Assembly: GCA_963676915.2 (NCBI GenBank)
Contig: CAXXVK010000043.1
Span: forward strand, 224,001 to 288,000
DNA from: Myxococcota bacterium
GTDB taxonomy: Bacteria > Myxococcota_A > SURF-8 > G963663525
Reading direction: 5' to 3'
DNA: 64,000 nucleotides
Shown: positions 61,997 through 64,000 of the stretch, one piece after another
How the letters are laid out: each line of letters starts with the position of its first letter
Position numbering within the stretch: the first letter of the stretch is position 1
Program-made: the position numbers and the translations under genes
The notes under the pieces: model-generated
Databases searched by the model: none
What the model saw: only the letters and a program-made list of their open reading frames with translations
What the model was told of the DNA's origin: nothing

Positions 61997-64000
61997 GACG
62001 AATCCGGCAGGCGGCGCGGTATTCGCAGTACGTGCAATCCAGAGGCGTAACCTGAAAATCTCCTGCCCGCATAGCCTGAACGAGATTGTCCAGCCGGTCG
62101 GCAAAATTGTTTTCAGAAAATTTAGGGTGCTGTTCCTGACGATGCTCAAGGTCCGTTTGCCAGAACGGATCTTGCTCTTTGGCTGCACAAGGGATGTTCA
62201 ACACGGCGGCGTTGTCCGCTCCCAAAGGTAAAAATGCGAACAGAACGTTTTCGAACGAAGCTTCGGAGTTTGGAAGCCGTTCGGATTGCAGCGCCGAAAG
62301 CAGGTAGATCGGCGCTTGAAAGGCGTTTTTCAAAAAGTTTTCCACCTTGAGATGCCGTTTGTAGCGGGCGAGATCGGACGATGTCTTGTAATCGATGATC
62401 ACCAGCGTTGTGCCTTGGCGGTCGATGCGGTCGATGCGTCCTTTGAGCCGGAGCGTTCCTCCGGTTCGAAGCGGAATTTCCGGACCGTCGCGGTTTTCCT
62501 CCATGCCGAACGAAGCTTCCACCTGCATGGGAACGGAATCTTTTAGAAGATCCGGTGGGTTGGCTAGTAGGCGGTCCGTTGCTTCGGCCCAGCGTGTCGC
62601 TTTGAGGAGGGCAAGCTTGCGGCGTTCTTCCGACCAATGACGAGAGCGTTTCTCGAAAGCGGCCTTGAAACAGGCGAAAAGCTCCTTGCGTTGGTCGGGT
62701 CCGTAGGCGGTCAAAGGTTTTCCCAAGCGTGGCTTGTAAAACGTCTCCAGCGCTTCATGTACTGCCGTGCCGGTATCGAGCGGGGAAGGGTCGGGTTGAA
62801 CGTCGCTTGGTACCTGCACGTTGTAGATGCGTTCCAGCAAAAAACGAAACGGGCAGGTGGCGTAGGTTTCGAGAGCGCTGGCGCTGAGTGATTCGAAGGC
62901 AGCAAGCCGCTTTCGGAGCGGAGTGGGACAGGCGGTTGCAATCGATCCGGTAAATTCGTTGGCCTGATCTCGCCTGAAACATGGATCGGTGGTCAGGTAA
63001 AAATGCCTGGCTCGGTCCATGTCGTGCAATTTGGACAGAAGGCGGTCGTGGGATTCCGGGGGAACCGAAAGCTCCATCTCCGGCGCATCGGTCGTCTCGA
63101 AGTGCAGATCCTCTCCGAAGACATCCTCCAGTACCGGTGAGGGGCGACAAGGCTCGCCGTTTTCATCCGTTTCCGGGTGGCTGAGGTATAGATGTTGACA
63201 GGTGGCGCGTCCCAGTCGGAGGCGGTACAACCAACGGCTGGTATGTTCCTTGGCGTTTGGAAAAAGGGGCAGAGCATGGGTGCGATTGAGTTCGTTCAAC
63301 GTGGCTTCCCCGACGATGGCGGCTGGTGTCGGCGGCGGGAAGGCTTCTTGTGTCGTTCCCGGAAGGAAGAGATGCATGAAGGGTCGGGAACCGATTTCCA
63401 CCGGCTCGAAGATTTCGGCGGCGTCCGGGTCGGGTACGGCGCGGCGACTAAGACGAAGATCGAGCAGGGAAAACAGTTCCCGCAAAAAAGCTTTTCCTTC
63501 CCATTCGCGTGTACCGTCCGTGACCGCTTCCCATTCTTCCAGCAGGGCGATGGACGTTTTTCGGGCGTTCCATTCCAGGGCGAAACGTTCCTCATCTTCT
63601 GTAGAGAGAGCCTTGGGCCACGAAACCTCGGAAACGAGGGATTTCAACCCGTTCAGCCATCTGGAAAAAGGTTGGCGGGTCTGGAAGTTGCGAACGACAT
63701 CCAGCCGTTTTCTTGCAATGTGCAGGGTTTTGTTGATCGCAACTTGGTCCGCCAGCGTGTTTTTTTGTGCCTGTTCGGTGAACTCGGCTTCCCAATCCCC
63801 CTCGAATCGGTCGATTCCCGCCAGCAGAAATCGTCGTCGTGCTTGGACCGCTTCTCCCGGTGGATCGATATCGAAAGGCGGTGGCCAACTCAACAGAAGA
63901 TCCGGAGTGGGATCGTCCAGAGATTCCAACAGAGCGGGAAGCCAGCGCCATAACGGGGCGTGTCGTAAATCCTCGGAATGTTCCCAGGCGAGCGGAACGC
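61980..64000 (-). CDS. AddB/RexB-like PD-(D/E)XK nuclease, 5' end outside window
   Basis: LSASALETYATCPFRF, GTAVH, GRIDRID, IIDYKT, CTYCEYRAAC (Fe-S staple); the frame stays open to the window end. Confidence 0.82.
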   Translation of the reverse strand, partial: VPLAWEHSEDLRHAPLWRWLPALLESLDDPTPDLLLSWPPPFDIDPPGEAVQARRRFLLAGIDRFEGDWEAEFTEQAQKNTLADQVAINKTLHIARKRLDVVRNFQTRQPFSRWLNGLKSLVSEVSWPKALSTEDEERFALEWNARKTSIALLEEWEAVTDGTREWEGKAFLRELFSLLDLRLSRRAVPDPDAAEIFEPVEIGSRPFMHLFLPGTTQEAFPPPTPAAIVGEATLNELNRTHALPLFPNAKEHTSRWLYRLRLGRATCQHLYLSHPETDENGEPCRPSPVLEDVFGEDLHFETTDAPEMELSVPPESHDRLLSKLHDMDRARHFYLTTDPCFRRDQANEFTGSIATACPTPLRKRLAAFESLSASALETYATCPFRFLLERIYNVQVPSDVQPDPSPLDTGTAVHEALETFYKPRLGKPLTAYGPDQRKELFACFKAAFEKRSRHWSEERRKLALLKATRWAEATDRLLANPPDLLKDSVPMQVEASFGMEENRDGPEIPLRTGGTLRLKGRIDRIDRQGTTLVIIDYKTSSDLARYKRHLKVENFLKNAFQAPIYLLSALQSERLPNSEASFENVLFAFLPLGADNAAVLNIPCAAKEQDPFWQTDLEHRQEQHPKFSENNFADRLDNLVQAMRAGDFQVTPLDCTYCEYRAACRIRLMPCF

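Overview
Gene-dense bacterial window from an anaerobe with several Myxococcota-type envelope markers: a TIGR04551-like outer-membrane protein, a myxosortase-like CPBP protease, a MYXO-CTERM-like tail and Cys-rich lipoproteins. It holds the carbonyl-branch Wood-Ljungdahl operon (acsD-cooS/acsA-acsB-acsC-acsE-DUF3786-cooC, plus a convergent cooT) and three tRNAs. A soluble-receptor chemosensory operon is led by a cysteine desulfurase-like gene, two small proteins and two V4R-fold proteins. Housekeeping genes include cinA, gatCA, lemA, meaB, hisS, lipB and a partial addB-like gene. Mobile DNA comprises two copies of a 200-bp MITE/REPIN-like element and a complete IS621-like IS110 element whose bridge-RNA guides, CT core, REP target and circle-junction promoter can be read from the sequence. 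Many genes, including essential hisS, carry single-base frameshifts, mostly in homopolymers; these are most likely sequencing or assembly errors. Top leads: (1) homologous, ungapped-alignable, partly charge-complementary strand+coiled-coil modules on the AcsD C-terminus and the CODH N-terminus, each on a long flexible linker (candidate docking system); (2) the fully decodable IS110 bridge-RNA system; (3) the desulfurase-V4R-V4R-Che module with an elongated MCP that has no obvious sensor domain. All family calls come from motif recognition only; no database searches were run.
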